A stretch of DNA of 64,000 bases from Candidatus Sulfomarinibacteraceae bacterium (GTDB lineage: Bacteria > Acidobacteriota > Thermoanaerobaculia > Thermoanaerobaculales > Sulfomarinibacteraceae): the NCBI GenBank assembly GCA_963796455.1, contig CAWCLO010000002.1:160001-224000 (forward strand), in the 5' to 3' direction. Of the stretch, positions 9,549-20,072 are shown piece by piece; position 1 is the first letter of the stretch, and each line of letters begins with the position of its first letter. The notes below the pieces were generated by a model. That model ran no database searches. It was not told the origin of the DNA and saw only the letters and a list, made by a program, of their open reading frames with translations. Position numbers and translations under genes: made by a program.

Positions 9549-10307
9549 GTGATTGCTCACGAGATCCTGATCGAAGCATGCGTGAACTCGGTCGAGTCGG
9601 CGATCGAGGCCGAGATCGGCGGTGCGCATCGGGTGGAGCTGTGTGACAACCTTTTTGATGGCGGCACGACCCCGAGCATCGGTGCCATGGATGCCGCGCG
9701 TGACAGGCTCGAGATCGACCTCAGCGTGATGATTCGCCCCAGAGGGGGAGACTTTCTCTACTCGGATCTGGAGCTGGAGATCATGAAGGCCGACGTGGTG
9801 GCGGCGCGTGCCGCGGGCGCCGACGGGGTCGTTTTCGGCATGCTGAGGACGGATGGTGCGGTCAATGTGGAACAGACGCGAGAACTCGTGGAACTCGCAG
9901 GGCCCATGAGCACGACCTTTCACCGCGCCTTTGACATGTGCGCCGATCCTGTGGTGGCGCTCGCCGAGCTGATCGCACTGGGCATCGACCGCGTGCTGAC
10001 CTCGGGTCAGCGTCCGTCAGCTATGGAGGGTGCGGCGCGCCTCAAAGAGCTTGTCGACACCGCCCGCGGACGCATCGTCGTCATGCCTGGGGTGGGCATC
10101 GATGCGTCAAATATCGCCGACCTCATCCGGCGGACCGGTGCCGGCGAGTACCACGTCCTGGCCGAGCGTCGGGTCGTCAGCGGCATGGTCTTCCAGAACC
10201 CTTCGGTGTTCATGGGATCTGACCCGGAACAACCGGAGTTCGAACGCCCCGTTACCGACAGCGAGGCGATCCGGGCGACCGTCGAAGAGGCGTCACGAGC
10301 CCGATGA
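9549..10307 (+). CDS. cutC: Copper homeostasis protein CutC
   Basis: GAHRVELC, GGTTPS, VMIRPRGGDF, TFHRAFD, RVLTSG. Confidence 0.95.
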   Translation: MIAHEILIEACVNSVESAIEAEIGGAHRVELCDNLFDGGTTPSIGAMDAARDRLEIDLSVMIRPRGGDFLYSDLELEIMKADVVAARAAGADGVVFGMLRTDGAVNVEQTRELVELAGPMSTTFHRAFDMCADPVVALAELIALGIDRVLTSGQRPSAMEGAARLKELVDTARGRIVVMPGVGIDASNIADLIRRTGAGEYHVLAERRVVSGMVFQNPSVFMGSDPEQPEFERPVTDSEAIRATVEEASRAR

Positions 10308-11879
10308 CGGCACCAGCCTCGCGCTGAGGTCCGGGGTTTCCATGTCCGGGTCCAGCGGAAACATAGGTCGCATGATGCGCCGGTAGTCCAGCCGCTCGAG
10401 ATCCTGGTCGACGCCACCGGGCGTGAGAGCCATGATCCAGTCCGCCCTCATGTCGTAGAGCTCGGGAACCAGATATCCGATCTTGACGATGACAATGTCC
10501 GCGCCTCTCGGATCCAGCCCCAGCCGGGTGAAATCCTCCTCGAGGTGATACGGCTTGCGCTTCTTGGTGACGATCACCGACACACTTCCGGTCCGGATGA
10601 CGACCTCGGTTTCGGCGTACCGATCGCCGTGTACGATGGACGTCACTTCACCTGAAAGAAGGATCGGGGGGGCAAAACGATCATCGACGGCGGCTCCCAC
10701 GTGAGCCTCGACCGGCTGTCCGACACCGGCCGCGACGGCCGCCTCCACCAACTCCGGTCCTGGAATCGAAGCATAGATCAGGGAGGGCCCGTCAGCCGTC
10801 CCGAACTCGTCTCGCTCCAGGATCTCCTGAAGCGTCCAGGTGACGTCGCCGGCTCCACCGGCGGTTGGGTTGTCTCCCATGTCGCTGATCAGGAAGGGCC
10901 GTTTCTCGCTCCGGATGGCCTTCGAGATGCACTCTTCGAAAGTCGCCACCGGGGCCACAAACTCGAATTCGGAGCGGAGCTCCCAGAAACTTTCTGCAAG
11001 TTCTTCTGCGGTGGACGTGACGACCTCCTCGTCGTCCCCTGTGACCATCACAACCGCGTGGTTCCGAGGCTCGTCGGCCCAGGCGTACCCGACCCAGATG
11101 GCGGCGTCGATCACGCCCGCCCGGGCGGCGGCGGGTGCGACCTGGGCATAGAGGCTCTTGCCTGGTTCGATGCGGGTGCTGGTCTTCTCTCCGGGCAGCA
11201 GGATCGGTACCGGGATCCACGCCTTGAAGGCCGGTTTGCCCCGGCCTCTTTCGATTCTCGACAGGAGGTTTTCCGCCGCCCGCTGCTTTGATTCGATGGC
11301 GTCCTCGTGGGGCGCCAGGCGGTAGCAGGTGATCAGATCGGTCTGCTCGGCCAGTCTCAACGAAACGTTGCCATGCAGATCCATGCTCGTTGAAATGAGC
11401 ACGTCAGTACCGATCACCTCGCGGATTCGGGTGATGAAATCTCCTTCGGGATCGTCGAGGCCGACCACACTCATGGCACCGTGAATATCAAAGAACAGAC
11501 CGTCGTAGGGGAGGTTCTGTTCGAGCCTCTCGAGGGTTTCCCCAACCAGGGACTCGTAGGCCTCCCGGGTCACGATCCCACCGGGAAGCGCATGGCCCCG
11601 CAGGGTCGGAATCCACTCGGCCCGCCTTCGCATGGGCGAATCGGCGCTCAAGAATGGATAGTAGCCAAAGACCTCGTCGCCCCGCCTGGCGTGGAAGGCC
11701 TCCGCATGAGTCTGCGCGGGAGAAAAGGTGCTCGATTCGATGGCCAACCCCGCGATGGCGATGCGTGGCAGCGTCGCGGTTCCTGCGCCTTGATCGACCC
11801 CAGCATCGCCGGGCCCGGAGCACGCGGTCGCCACGATCCCGAGCACTCCCAGTTGAAGGGCAACGAAGACATTTTTCAT
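10293..11879 (-). CDS. M81 family metallopeptidase (MlrC-like), lipoprotein
   Basis: Lipobox ATAC; IESSTF, DIHGAM, SMDLHGN, YRLAPHED, DMGDNPTAGG. Confidence 0.9.
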   Translation of the reverse strand: MKNVFVALQLGVLGIVATACSGPGDAGVDQGAGTATLPRIAIAGLAIESSTFSPAQTHAEAFHARRGDEVFGYYPFLSADSPMRRRAEWIPTLRGHALPGGIVTREAYESLVGETLERLEQNLPYDGLFFDIHGAMSVVGLDDPEGDFITRIREVIGTDVLISTSMDLHGNVSLRLAEQTDLITCYRLAPHEDAIESKQRAAENLLSRIERGRGKPAFKAWIPVPILLPGEKTSTRIEPGKSLYAQVAPAAARAGVIDAAIWVGYAWADEPRNHAVVMVTGDDEEVVTSTAEELAESFWELRSEFEFVAPVATFEECISKAIRSEKRPFLISDMGDNPTAGGAGDVTWTLQEILERDEFGTADGPSLIYASIPGPELVEAAVAAGVGQPVEAHVGAAVDDRFAPPILLSGEVTSIVHGDRYAETEVVIRTGSVSVIVTKKRKPYHLEEDFTRLGLDPRGADIVIVKIGYLVPELYDMRADWIMALTPGGVDQDLERLDYRRIMRPMFPLDPDMETPDLSARLVPSSGS

Positions 11880-11928
11880 GTTGGTTCTCCCGACGTGGCC
11901 ATCAGCGTAGAGCTGCAGCTGCGAGACC

Positions 11929-13194
11929 TCAAGCGGCCACAGCGGTCTCGGCCTGTTCCGGTTCGACGATCTCGTCTTCGATGGACTTGATCGACGGCAC
12001 CAGAAAACCTCCGACGCCCATCGCCAGACAGGCGAAACCAGCCGCTGCGTACAGGGCTCGAATGCCGACCATCTCCGCCACAGGAGCGGCGATCATGAGC
12101 CCGAGGGGCGCCATCGCGCCGCAGGCGCTCATGTAGAGGGTGAACACGCGCCCCTGGATTTCCGGAGCCACGGTCGCCTGAAGCACAGCCTGAATTGGTC
12201 CGTTGACGCATGGGATGGTCACACCGAGAATGACGATACCGGCGAGCGCGGCACCGGCAGAAGACGCCGCGCCGAGGATCAGGGTGCCGATTCCGGCCAC
12301 CAACAGACCGACGAAGGTCGTGTGGATCCGTCGCTGAAAACCGCCCCAGACCCCAAGCAGGATTCCGCCGGCGATGGTTCCGATACCGAATGCCGAGTTC
12401 AACCAGCCCAGCCGAACCGCCCCACCGCCCTGTTCAAGCACCAGCAGCGGCAGCAGCGCGAAGGCGGGAACCATGCACAGATTCACCAGCATGGCCATCA
12501 TGACGAGCGGCGTATGACCACGGCGAGCGCGGAGATAGCGGACACCGGAGCGCAGGTCGCCAACGACGGATCGAAGCCCCGGGGAATCGTGATCGCTCGG
12601 ACGGCGCTCCGGCTGCGGGATGGTGATGAACGCCAACGGTGCGAGTGCGACGAGAGCGGTGGCGACATCGACCATCATCACCGCTGCCATTGGCAGGGTG
12701 GCAACCAGCAGTGCGCCGATCGGGGCGGTGATGATCAGCGCTCCGCCCTGGACCGCCTGTTGGAGCCCCTGCACCCGGGTCAGGTGGCGCTCGGGCACCA
12801 TGAGCGTGGTGGAAGCCAGCATGGCCGGCGCGTGGAAGGCCCCTCCGAGGGCGCGGACAAAAAGCACCACCATCGCCAGACTGTAGGGGACCGGTCCGAC
12901 CCAAAAAGACAGCGCCAGGAGAGCCGACGCGATGGCGACGAGGGAGTCGGCGAGCCACAGGATGCGCTTGCGATTCCAGCGATCCACCAACACGCCGATG
13001 AACGGACCGAGCACGATTTGAGGCAGGAGACCGACAGCCGTCGCGGCTGCCAGCACCGCGGCCGATCCGGTGGATACCGTCAACCACCAGATGAGCGCGA
13101 ATTGAACCGCCTGGCTGCCGAGCAGCGAGAGGGACTGGCCGGCGATCAGCACGAGAAAGGGTCGCATCGGTCGATTTTCGGTTTTGGGATTCAT
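11929..13194 (-). CDS. MFS transporter (DHA3 / Mef-like)
   Basis: About 12 TM; GQSLSLLGSQAVQFALIWW; GVLVDRWNRKR motif A. Confidence 0.9.
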   Translation of the reverse strand: MNPKTENRPMRPFLVLIAGQSLSLLGSQAVQFALIWWLTVSTGSAAVLAAATAVGLLPQIVLGPFIGVLVDRWNRKRILWLADSLVAIASALLALSFWVGPVPYSLAMVVLFVRALGGAFHAPAMLASTTLMVPERHLTRVQGLQQAVQGGALIITAPIGALLVATLPMAAVMMVDVATALVALAPLAFITIPQPERRPSDHDSPGLRSVVGDLRSGVRYLRARRGHTPLVMMAMLVNLCMVPAFALLPLLVLEQGGGAVRLGWLNSAFGIGTIAGGILLGVWGGFQRRIHTTFVGLLVAGIGTLILGAASSAGAALAGIVILGVTIPCVNGPIQAVLQATVAPEIQGRVFTLYMSACGAMAPLGLMIAAPVAEMVGIRALYAAAGFACLAMGVGGFLVPSIKSIEDEIVEPEQAETAVAA

Positions 13195-13243
13195 GGGCCA
13201 CCTCCAGTTCTGATTTTTAGAATATAGGGCATACATTGATTAT

Positions 13244-13275
13244 TAGCAAATATTTGAATAATAAATTTTATGCTA
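13244..13275. promoter_or_regulatory. AT-rich imperfect palindrome, probable operator between the divergent MFS and ArsR genes
   Basis: TAGCAAATATTTGAATAATAAATTTTATGCTA. Confidence 0.5.
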
Positions 13276-13309
13276 GGATTCAATCGAGAACTCGGAAAGG
13301 ATCGAACAA

Positions 13310-13957
13310 GTGGATGATCAGACCGCCGGCAAGCTAGAAATCGACCGGTCCTGGGAGCCGGAGGATATGTACACGATGACCAGCCTGGAGCAGGTCAAGG
13401 TCGTCGCTGATCCTCTGCGCGTCAGCATCCTGGAGGCGCTCTGTCTGGAAGCCAAGACCACGAAACAGGTCGCCGAGCTCCTGGGGGAGAAACCGACCCG
13501 GCTGTACCACCACGTGGATGCGCTGTCGGAAGCGGGGCTGATTCGCCTGGTGGATACCCGTCAGGTTCGGGGAACGGTGGAGAAGTACTTCCGGGCGGTG
13601 GGCAGGGCGTTCCGGGCCGATCCCGGGATCTTCCGCCAGGCCGACGCGGGCGACGAGCAGAATCAGGCTCTGGCGGACGTGGCCGCGACCATGCTCGAGA
13701 GAACGGCCGGGGAGGTGCGAAACCTGATCCTCTCCGGGCACGACATCACCTCGGGAGAGGACGGCATTCTGAGCTACGTCGAGGTGCGGGCGTCCGAATC
13801 AGAGATCCACGAGATCAACCAGCGGCTCATGGATTTCCTGAAGGACCTCGAGGAGAACTGCTGCAAAGGGGAGCCGTCTGAGGGTGATCGGCGCTATCGG
13901 CTCAACCTCGCCTGGTTTCCACTCGATCGCACGAACAGGGATTCAGACGAGTCGTAG
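13310..13957 (+). CDS. ArsR-like winged-helix transcriptional regulator
   Basis: ADPLRVSIL...TTKQVAELLGEKPTRLYHHVDAL...GTVEKYF. Confidence 0.88.
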   Translation: MDDQTAGKLEIDRSWEPEDMYTMTSLEQVKVVADPLRVSILEALCLEAKTTKQVAELLGEKPTRLYHHVDALSEAGLIRLVDTRQVRGTVEKYFRAVGRAFRADPGIFRQADAGDEQNQALADVAATMLERTAGEVRNLILSGHDITSGEDGILSYVEVRASESEIHEINQRLMDFLKDLEENCCKGEPSEGDRRYRLNLAWFPLDRTNRDSDES

Positions 13958-14003
13958 AGGCCGGGCCCCGGGGAATCAAGCTCATCGACCGAGGACGGAC
14001 CGT

Positions 14004-14906
14004 TCACTCGAGGCTGAGCAGGTACTCCGCAATGGCGCGCAGCTCTTCTTCGGGCAGTTCGGCGAGATTCATCTGAATGTCGGCCATGCCGCCGCTCGAG
14101 AGCTTGTCGTAACCGAAGGTCTCCCCGAACTGCAGCGCCAGGACGAGATCCGAAGCGTCCGAGTATCGACCGCGGCCTTCCATGTCGAGGAGGCCCGGTA
14201 CCGTTCCTTCGCCGCGCGGGTGGGCTCCACCGGCCATCGCCCGGCTCCGGTCGGGGATCATCAGCGCGTTGCGGGGGGTGTGGCACTCCCCGCAGTGGCC
14301 GGGTCCGTTCACCAGGTAGGCGCCACGGTTCCACGTCTCGGTGCTCTCCGGGTCCGGACGGAACTCCTCTGCACCCGAGGCGAGCCGCTTCCACAATCCG
14401 ACCCCTCGCCGAGCCAGGCCTGGCATTGGAATATCAGGGGTGCGCGTCGGCGAACGAACCGGTTCGAGCTGCTGCAGGTAGGCCCAGAGGTCGAGCACAT
14501 CCTCCACCGGCATGATGCGGTACGAGGTGTAGGGGAATGCCGGGAAATAGTGCTGGCCGTCGGGCGAGACCCCACGGGTCATGGCATCGACGAACTGCGC
14601 CGCCGTCCAGTTCCCGAGCCCGGTCTCGGGGTCGGGGGTGAGGTTGCCGGGCCAGAAGGTGCCCACCGGTGTATCGAAAGGGGCATCGCCGATCGGTGGA
14701 CCCGTGACGCCCGCGGCGGTCGCCGCCTTATGACACGAGATGCACCCGCCAACGCGATACAGCACCTCGCCTCGGGACGGGTCCGGGTCGTGGGGCGGTA
14801 GCATTCGATCGCTTGGACGAGCGACCGTCAGGACGACGAACAACATGACCGTCAACGCCGCGGCGACGGCCAGCGCCGCCACCAGAGGTTTTGCTCGAAC
14901 GAACAC
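14004..14906 (-). CDS. Diheme cytochrome c (dehydrogenase cytochrome-subunit-like)
   Basis: CISCH and CGECH; NLTPDPETGLGNW; YFPAFPYTSY. Confidence 0.9.
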   Translation of the reverse strand: MFVRAKPLVAALAVAAALTVMLFVVLTVARPSDRMLPPHDPDPSRGEVLYRVGGCISCHKAATAAGVTGPPIGDAPFDTPVGTFWPGNLTPDPETGLGNWTAAQFVDAMTRGVSPDGQHYFPAFPYTSYRIMPVEDVLDLWAYLQQLEPVRSPTRTPDIPMPGLARRGVGLWKRLASGAEEFRPDPESTETWNRGAYLVNGPGHCGECHTPRNALMIPDRSRAMAGGAHPRGEGTVPGLLDMEGRGRYSDASDLVLALQFGETFGYDKLSSGGMADIQMNLAELPEEELRAIAEYLLSLE

Positions 14907-14908
14907 CC

Positions 14909-15364
14909 TCAGTCTTTTGGCAGACGATACAGGTTGTGGCAGCTCTTGCAGCCGGAGCCGAGCTTGCCGAGCGCGGGCCCGAATGCTGCGGCCTCCGTCA
15001 CCGATTGCAGATCCACCGCCGCCTGGTGGGTGCTCTTCATGAGCTGGTCGAACTGGGCGCGATCGCTCCAGATCTTCGGCTTGGCCCAGGTCGGGACCTC
15101 GCCTTCACCGCTGCCCTCGGGGAAAAGCTTTTCGGCCTTCTCGATGTGGCCGGCCATTTTCAACGCGTTGGTCCGGACCACCTCGGCGTCGAATGGCTGT
15201 TCCTTTTTGGCGATGGCGGCAAAGGTCATCATTGCCTCGCGAACGCCCTCCATCTCTTTCTGGCGCTCTTTGATGGTCTCGGTGGCTGTCATCGCGCCGG
15301 CCGAAATCGTGATCACGATCGCCACCGCGACCGCACCCGCTATCTGGAGTTTCGTTGTTTTCAT
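14909..15364 (-). CDS. Cytochrome c'/c556 (class II)
   Basis: Signal peptide; AKPKIW; C-terminal CKSCH. Confidence 0.92.
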   Translation of the reverse strand: MKTTKLQIAGAVAVAIVITISAGAMTATETIKERQKEMEGVREAMMTFAAIAKKEQPFDAEVVRTNALKMAGHIEKAEKLFPEGSGEGEVPTWAKPKIWSDRAQFDQLMKSTHQAAVDLQSVTEAAAFGPALGKLGSGCKSCHNLYRLPKD

Positions 15365-15485
15365 GGTTTCGTTCCTCCTCGGTCATAGAACCGCATTGAT
15401 GGCGTCCGCATTTCCACGAGCTGGTTGGGCTTGATTCAAGATCGATTCATTTTTCCAGTTCTCTCGTGCCGAGACGGCAAGGAGC

Positions 15486-16256
15486 TCAGAACTTCCCGTT
15501 GTCGTTCCGCCACTGGTCGCGGGGCGGAATGGCCTCGATGGTGTCCCAATGCTCGGCGATCTTGCCGTCGGCGACCCGGAACAGATCATAGAATGAGCTG
15601 TGCTGGCCGGCGAGGCTGCCTTCGCTCACCACCAGTACGAAGTTGCCCTCACCGAGCACCCGGTGAACACGATCGAACTTCATGACGATTCCTTGTTTGG
15701 ACCACTCCTCCAGAGCCGCGCGGAGGCCGGAAAGACCATCGCCGAATTGCGGATTGTGCTGCGTGTAGCTGTCGCCATCGAAGTACCCGGCCAGCTTCTC
15801 CATCCGACCATTGACGAGAATGTCGTTGACAAACGTGCGGACGAGCTCCTTGTTGTCTTCGGTCTTGTCGAGGTCCGATGGTGTGGTGGGGCCGTCGGTC
15901 ATGGTGTGCCCGCTCGGGTTCGGACCATCGGGTTTTTGCTGGATGTTGTCCCAGTGCTCGACCGTCAGGTCGTCCTCGAATCGAAAGACCTCGAAGCCGA
16001 TCTTCGAGGTCGAAAAATCGTACTCGGTGTGGGCGAAAACATAGTCACCATCCTCAAACACCCGCACGACCTTGACGCGAGGTGATGTCTTGGAAAGCCG
16101 CTTGAAAAGCGCCGCCAGACCTTCGCCCCCCTCGTGGGTTCCGGGGTTGTGCTGGATGTATTTATCGGGATTGACGACCGCCACAGCCGCCGGGTCTCCC
16201 GTCTCGATGCCTTTCAGTAGGTCCTGAATCTGTTGTTTTCGATTTGCTGTGGTCAT
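15486..16256 (-). CDS. Tandem SnoaL/NTF2-like domain protein
   Basis: Two repeats of YxQHNP...FRxxDxxxxEHWD. Confidence 0.88.
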   Translation of the reverse strand: MTTANRKQQIQDLLKGIETGDPAAVAVVNPDKYIQHNPGTHEGGEGLAALFKRLSKTSPRVKVVRVFEDGDYVFAHTEYDFSTSKIGFEVFRFEDDLTVEHWDNIQQKPDGPNPSGHTMTDGPTTPSDLDKTEDNKELVRTFVNDILVNGRMEKLAGYFDGDSYTQHNPQFGDGLSGLRAALEEWSKQGIVMKFDRVHRVLGEGNFVLVVSEGSLAGQHSSFYDLFRVADGKIAEHWDTIEAIPPRDQWRNDNGKF

Positions 16257-16362
16257 GAAGACTCTCCTTGAGTTGGTGTGGACGGGTTTGGTGTTTCTCC
16301 GTCGACTTCAGCTATAATGTGGCGTATGGGCACTTTTAATAAGTATGCACGAATTTATGCAT

Positions 16363-16382
16363 TAGTCACCTTTTAGTAACTA
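16363..16382. promoter_or_regulatory. Palindromic operator candidate for the HxlR-family regulator
   Basis: TAGTCAC-N6-GTAACTA in the divergent intergenic region. Confidence 0.55.
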
Positions 16383-16394
16383 TGGAGAGATCAC

Positions 16395-16730
16395 ATGAAG
16401 GACCCGGAGATTCGCTGCCCGGTCAGCCGCACCCTCAAGATCATCGGCGGCAAGTGGAAACCGCTGATCATCTACCACCTTGACTGGGGCGAACGGCGTA
16501 ACGGTCAATTGCGGCGCGCGATCCCCGCGATCACTCAGAAAATGCTCACCCAGCAACTGCGCGAGCTCGAACAGGATGGGCTCGTGGAACGGGAGATCTT
16601 CCCGGTGGTGCCGCCGCGGGTGGACTACAGGCTCACCGATTTGGGGAAGAGCGTGCTCCCGGTGCTCGAGGCCATGGCGGCCTGGGGAGTGGCTAACGAA
16701 GACGTCTTCCCGGCGGTCGTTGACCTCTAG
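16395..16730 (+). CDS. HxlR/DUF24 family transcriptional regulator
   Basis: CPVSRTLKIIGGKWK; KMLTQQLRELE; VPPRVDYRLT. Confidence 0.93.
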   Translation: MKDPEIRCPVSRTLKIIGGKWKPLIIYHLDWGERRNGQLRRAIPAITQKMLTQQLRELEQDGLVEREIFPVVPPRVDYRLTDLGKSVLPVLEAMAAWGVANEDVFPAVVDL

Positions 16731-17058
16731 CTGAGAACGCAGTTCTCGACCAGCGACACACCAGCATCTGACGAGTCGAGGCGACCGGACCGCACGGATC
16801 CGGGGCCGCAGACGGCTCACGTCCTGTTCTCCGAGAACTCGGAATCCCGCGAGCTGAGGCAGACGCATCTGAATGCCCAGCACCTGCCGGAATCCATGGC
16901 TGCAACGGATGGCGGGGTTGAGGACTTCACGGTTGGCAAGACGACGAAAACCGTGGAGTCTCAACGTCAATCCGATCGATCAGAATCGGGGCAATCCTCG
17001 AGCAGCCGAGTGCTATAGTGAGTCCGCAAACCGTCCAAAAATTTGAAGGAGGTGAACG

Positions 17059-18558
17059 ATGAAACAGGTGTTGGAGTCGTTCGTGGACCAGGCCCTCGCG
17101 CGAGGCCCTGAGCTTCTGGCCGCAGTCGCGATCCTGGTGATCGGCTGGCTGGTGGCGTTGGCCGTGTCGTTGCTGGTGCGGGTGCTCCTGAAGAGAACGG
17201 AGATGGACGATCGGCTGGCCGCCTGGCTTGTCGGCGAGGAACGCGCCGACGCGATCGAGATCGAGAAGTGGATCTCGCGCGGCGTGTTCGCCCTTCTCAT
17301 GCTCTTCGTGCTCGTCGCCTTTTTTGAGGTTCTAGGGCTGCGAATGATCACGGAGCCTTTGAACCGATTCCTGATCGAAGTATTTGAATACATACCCAAC
17401 CTCATTGGACCGGCAATCCTGGTTGTCGTCGCGTTTTTGGCCTCCAACGGACTCCGGTTCGTGGTTCGGCGGTTGGTGTCGGCCTCAAAGCTGGATGAGA
17501 GGCTCGCGGCTCAGGCAGGCCTCGAGGAGGGTGAGGCGCCGCCGTTGTCCAAGACCATGGCCGACGCCGTGTACTGGGTCGTCTTTCTGCTCTTCCTGCC
17601 GGCGATCCTCGGCGCACTCAAGCTCGAAGGCCTTCTCGGACCGGTCCAGGGGATGGTCGACAAGACGCTGGCATTCCTGCCCAATCTCCTGGCGGCAGGA
17701 GTCATCCTGGGCGTAGGTTGGCTTTTGGCTCGGATCGTCCAACGCATCGTCGGCAACCTGCTCGCGGCTGTTGGTATGGACCGCCTTTCGGAACAGGTGG
17801 GGCTGTCAAACGCTCTCGGTGAGCAGAAGTTATCTGGTTTGATCGGTCTCGTGCTCTACGTTGTCATCCTGGTTCCGGTTCTGATCGCGTCCCTCAATGC
17901 CCTCGCTCTCGAGGCGATCACGCGCCCGGCGAGCGAGATGCTCAACACATTCCTGTCTGCGCTGCCTCTGATCTTCGCCGCTGCATTGGTCGTGGTCATT
18001 GCCTACTTCGTGGGACGGGTTGTGTCCGGCCTCGTTACCGGACTTCTCTCCGGTGTCGGCTTCAACAAGGTCCTGGTCAAGCTCGGCATCGGACCGGAAC
18101 CCGACGAGGGAGAGCGCACCCCGTCCGAGATCGTCGGATACCTGGTCCTTGTGGCGATCATGCTCTTCGCCGCTGTCGAGGCGGTCGGTCTGCTGGGCTT
18201 CGACGTCCTCGCCACATTGGTGACGCAGTTCATGGTCTTCGCGGCCCATGTCTTGCTGGGCCTGATCATCTTCGTGATCGGATTGTTCCTCGCCAATCTG
18301 GCCAGTAAGACCGTCCTGGCGACTGGAGCCAGCCAGGCATCGCTGCTGGCTGTGGCGGCGCGGGTGTCGATCCTCGTGCTTGCCGGTGCGATGGCCCTTC
18401 GGGAGATGGGGCTGGCCAACGAGATCATAACTATCGCATTCGGGCTCGTGCTCGGTGCCTTTGCCGTCGCCACCGCCGTCGCGTTCGGGATCGGTGGGCG
18501 CGACATTGCCGCGGAAACCCTGCAACGATGGAGGAATGAACTGCGATCTAAAGCCTGA
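17059..18558 (+). CDS. Conserved TM-helix repeat protein (CmpX / MscS-associated)
   Basis: Repeated LPNLLAAxxIL TM units; C-terminal AVAFGIGGRD. Confidence 0.85.
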   Translation: MKQVLESFVDQALARGPELLAAVAILVIGWLVALAVSLLVRVLLKRTEMDDRLAAWLVGEERADAIEIEKWISRGVFALLMLFVLVAFFEVLGLRMITEPLNRFLIEVFEYIPNLIGPAILVVVAFLASNGLRFVVRRLVSASKLDERLAAQAGLEEGEAPPLSKTMADAVYWVVFLLFLPAILGALKLEGLLGPVQGMVDKTLAFLPNLLAAGVILGVGWLLARIVQRIVGNLLAAVGMDRLSEQVGLSNALGEQKLSGLIGLVLYVVILVPVLIASLNALALEAITRPASEMLNTFLSALPLIFAAALVVVIAYFVGRVVSGLVTGLLSGVGFNKVLVKLGIGPEPDEGERTPSEIVGYLVLVAIMLFAAVEAVGLLGFDVLATLVTQFMVFAAHVLLGLIIFVIGLFLANLASKTVLATGASQASLLAVAARVSILVLAGAMALREMGLANEIITIAFGLVLGAFAVATAVAFGIGGRDIAAETLQRWRNELRSKA

Positions 18559-18858
18559 CGGCACGAATATCTCCTCGACCTCACACCCGACGCAATTCAG
18601 GTGCGGTTGCATTGAGCTTTTGGTGAGTTGATCGCCGATGCAGGTGGAACTCTTCCACGCTGCAGCAGCGTCTGATGGCCAGCGGTTTGCCGGAACTGCG
18701 ATTCGATCGGCCATGCGCTGTTGGCGGAGGGTGGCTGAAGGTGGGGTTGGAGGGTGGGAGCAACACGTCGCGAGGCCACCGTCGGCGCGAGGAGGAGGGC
18801 GCATCTGAGGGCGGGGAAGACGGGGTCGCCTCCTCGCCGTGGCAGCGCGCGGACGGAC

Positions 18859-18895
18859 AAAAAATCTCCCTCCTGGGCCGTATGCCGCAGGAGGG
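18859..18895 (-). terminator. Rho-independent terminator candidate downstream of the ATP-grasp operon
   Basis: Minus strand CCCTCCTGC-GGC-loop-GCC-CAGGAGGG followed by AGATTTTTT. Confidence 0.55.
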
Positions 18896-19028
18896 TTACA
18901 GCTCAAACCTGGCGTTTACCAGGTGACGGTCGCCCGGGTTTTGCAGCGGCGGATCGTCGCCCTCGACCGCGATCGGATCGCGGCGACGACGGCACAGCCG
19001 AATCCCGGCGGGTCCGGATCGTGGATGG

Positions 19029-20072
19029 CTAGAGGGTGTTCATCTCGGCGTTGCCGAAGTTTCGGCCGTAGAACTTCATATAGTCGACCTTGCGCTGCAG
19101 AGCATCGATGACGACCCGACAGAAGTTGATTTTGGTCATCTTCTGAATGCTGCCGAGCCCGCCCGGGCTGAAGACATTGATCTCCATCAGCTTGTCGCCC
19201 ACAACATCGAGTCCGATCAGGAACATCCCGTCCTGGACGAGCTTTGGCCGGACGATCTCGGCGATCCGCAAGGCGTCCTCGGTGACCTCCGCCGGAGCCA
19301 GTTTGCCGCCTGCGTGGATGTTGCTCCGCATGTCGTCGCCGTGGCGGACGCGCCGGAATGCGGCGTATTTGCCCTTCACCTGGAGCGGCCGCCCATTCAT
19401 CATGAAAAGCCTGGTGTCGCCGTCGGCCGCGGCCGGGAGATATTCCTGCGCGATGACATAGCCGTCGCGGGACACCGCGTCGATCATCTGGTTGAGATTC
19501 GGCAGGTCGTCCGGCCGGACCAGAAAGACGCTCGCGCCGCCCGAGCCCTGGAGTGGTTTGAGGACGATCGTGCCCATCTCCTTGGCAAAGGACTTGATCT
19601 CGTTGTTGTCGCGGGTGATCAGGGTGTGCGGCCGCACCTCCTCAGGGAAGAGCTGAAGGTAGATTTTGGATGAAGCCTTGGCCAGTCCGTTGGGGTCGTT
19701 GAGCACGATCACTCCGTGCCGCATGGCGATCCGCCCGAACTCGGTGGCGATGGTCGAGGCCCACGGTCGTTTGATGACATCATCAGACGGCACGTTTCGC
19801 AGCATCAACACATCGAGGTCGTCAACGGTGATACGGGCGGACACGGCCTTGGATCCCTGGATCTCCTTGAAGAAGGTCTCGTGGGAGCCGTAGGATTTCT
19901 TCGACACGGTCCGTGCACGGGCACGGATGAACTCGTCGGAGTCATAGGCCAGATCACCCACTCCGAATACAAATGCCTCGTGGCCCTTGTTGATGGCTTC
20001 ACAGGCGAGCCGGGTGGTCGTAAAACCGGCCTTTTCGGTCGCGATATCGTTGACCAGGAATCCTATCTTCAT
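19029..20072 (-). CDS. Glutathione synthetase-like ATP-grasp ligase
   Basis: True start MKIGFLVND at 20072 (ATGA overlap); LMLRNVP, VLKPLQGSGG, QEYLP, GLDVVGDKLMEINVFSPGG. Confidence 0.88.
   Translation of the reverse strand: MKIGFLVNDIATEKAGFTTTRLACEAINKGHEAFVFGVGDLAYDSDEFIRARARTVSKKSYGSHETFFKEIQGSKAVSARITVDDLDVLMLRNVPSDDVIKRPWASTIATEFGRIAMRHGVIVLNDPNGLAKASSKIYLQLFPEEVRPHTLITRDNNEIKSFAKEMGTIVLKPLQGSGGASVFLVRPDDLPNLNQMIDAVSRDGYVIAQEYLPAAADGDTRLFMMNGRPLQVKGKYAAFRRVRHGDDMRSNIHAGGKLAPAEVTEDALRIAEIVRPKLVQDGMFLIGLDVVGDKLMEINVFSPGGLGSIQKMTKINFCRVVIDALQRKVDYMKFYGRNFGNAEMNTL

Noticed and set aside
10293..13194. Microcystin degradation (mlrC) or macrolide resistance (mef) calls
   Set aside because: Family-level similarity only; no mlrA/B/D or msr partner genes.
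18896..19020. Possible SIMPL-like C-terminal remnant (…NPGDRHLVNARFEL*) on the minus strand
   Set aside because: Too short and degenerate to support without a database search.
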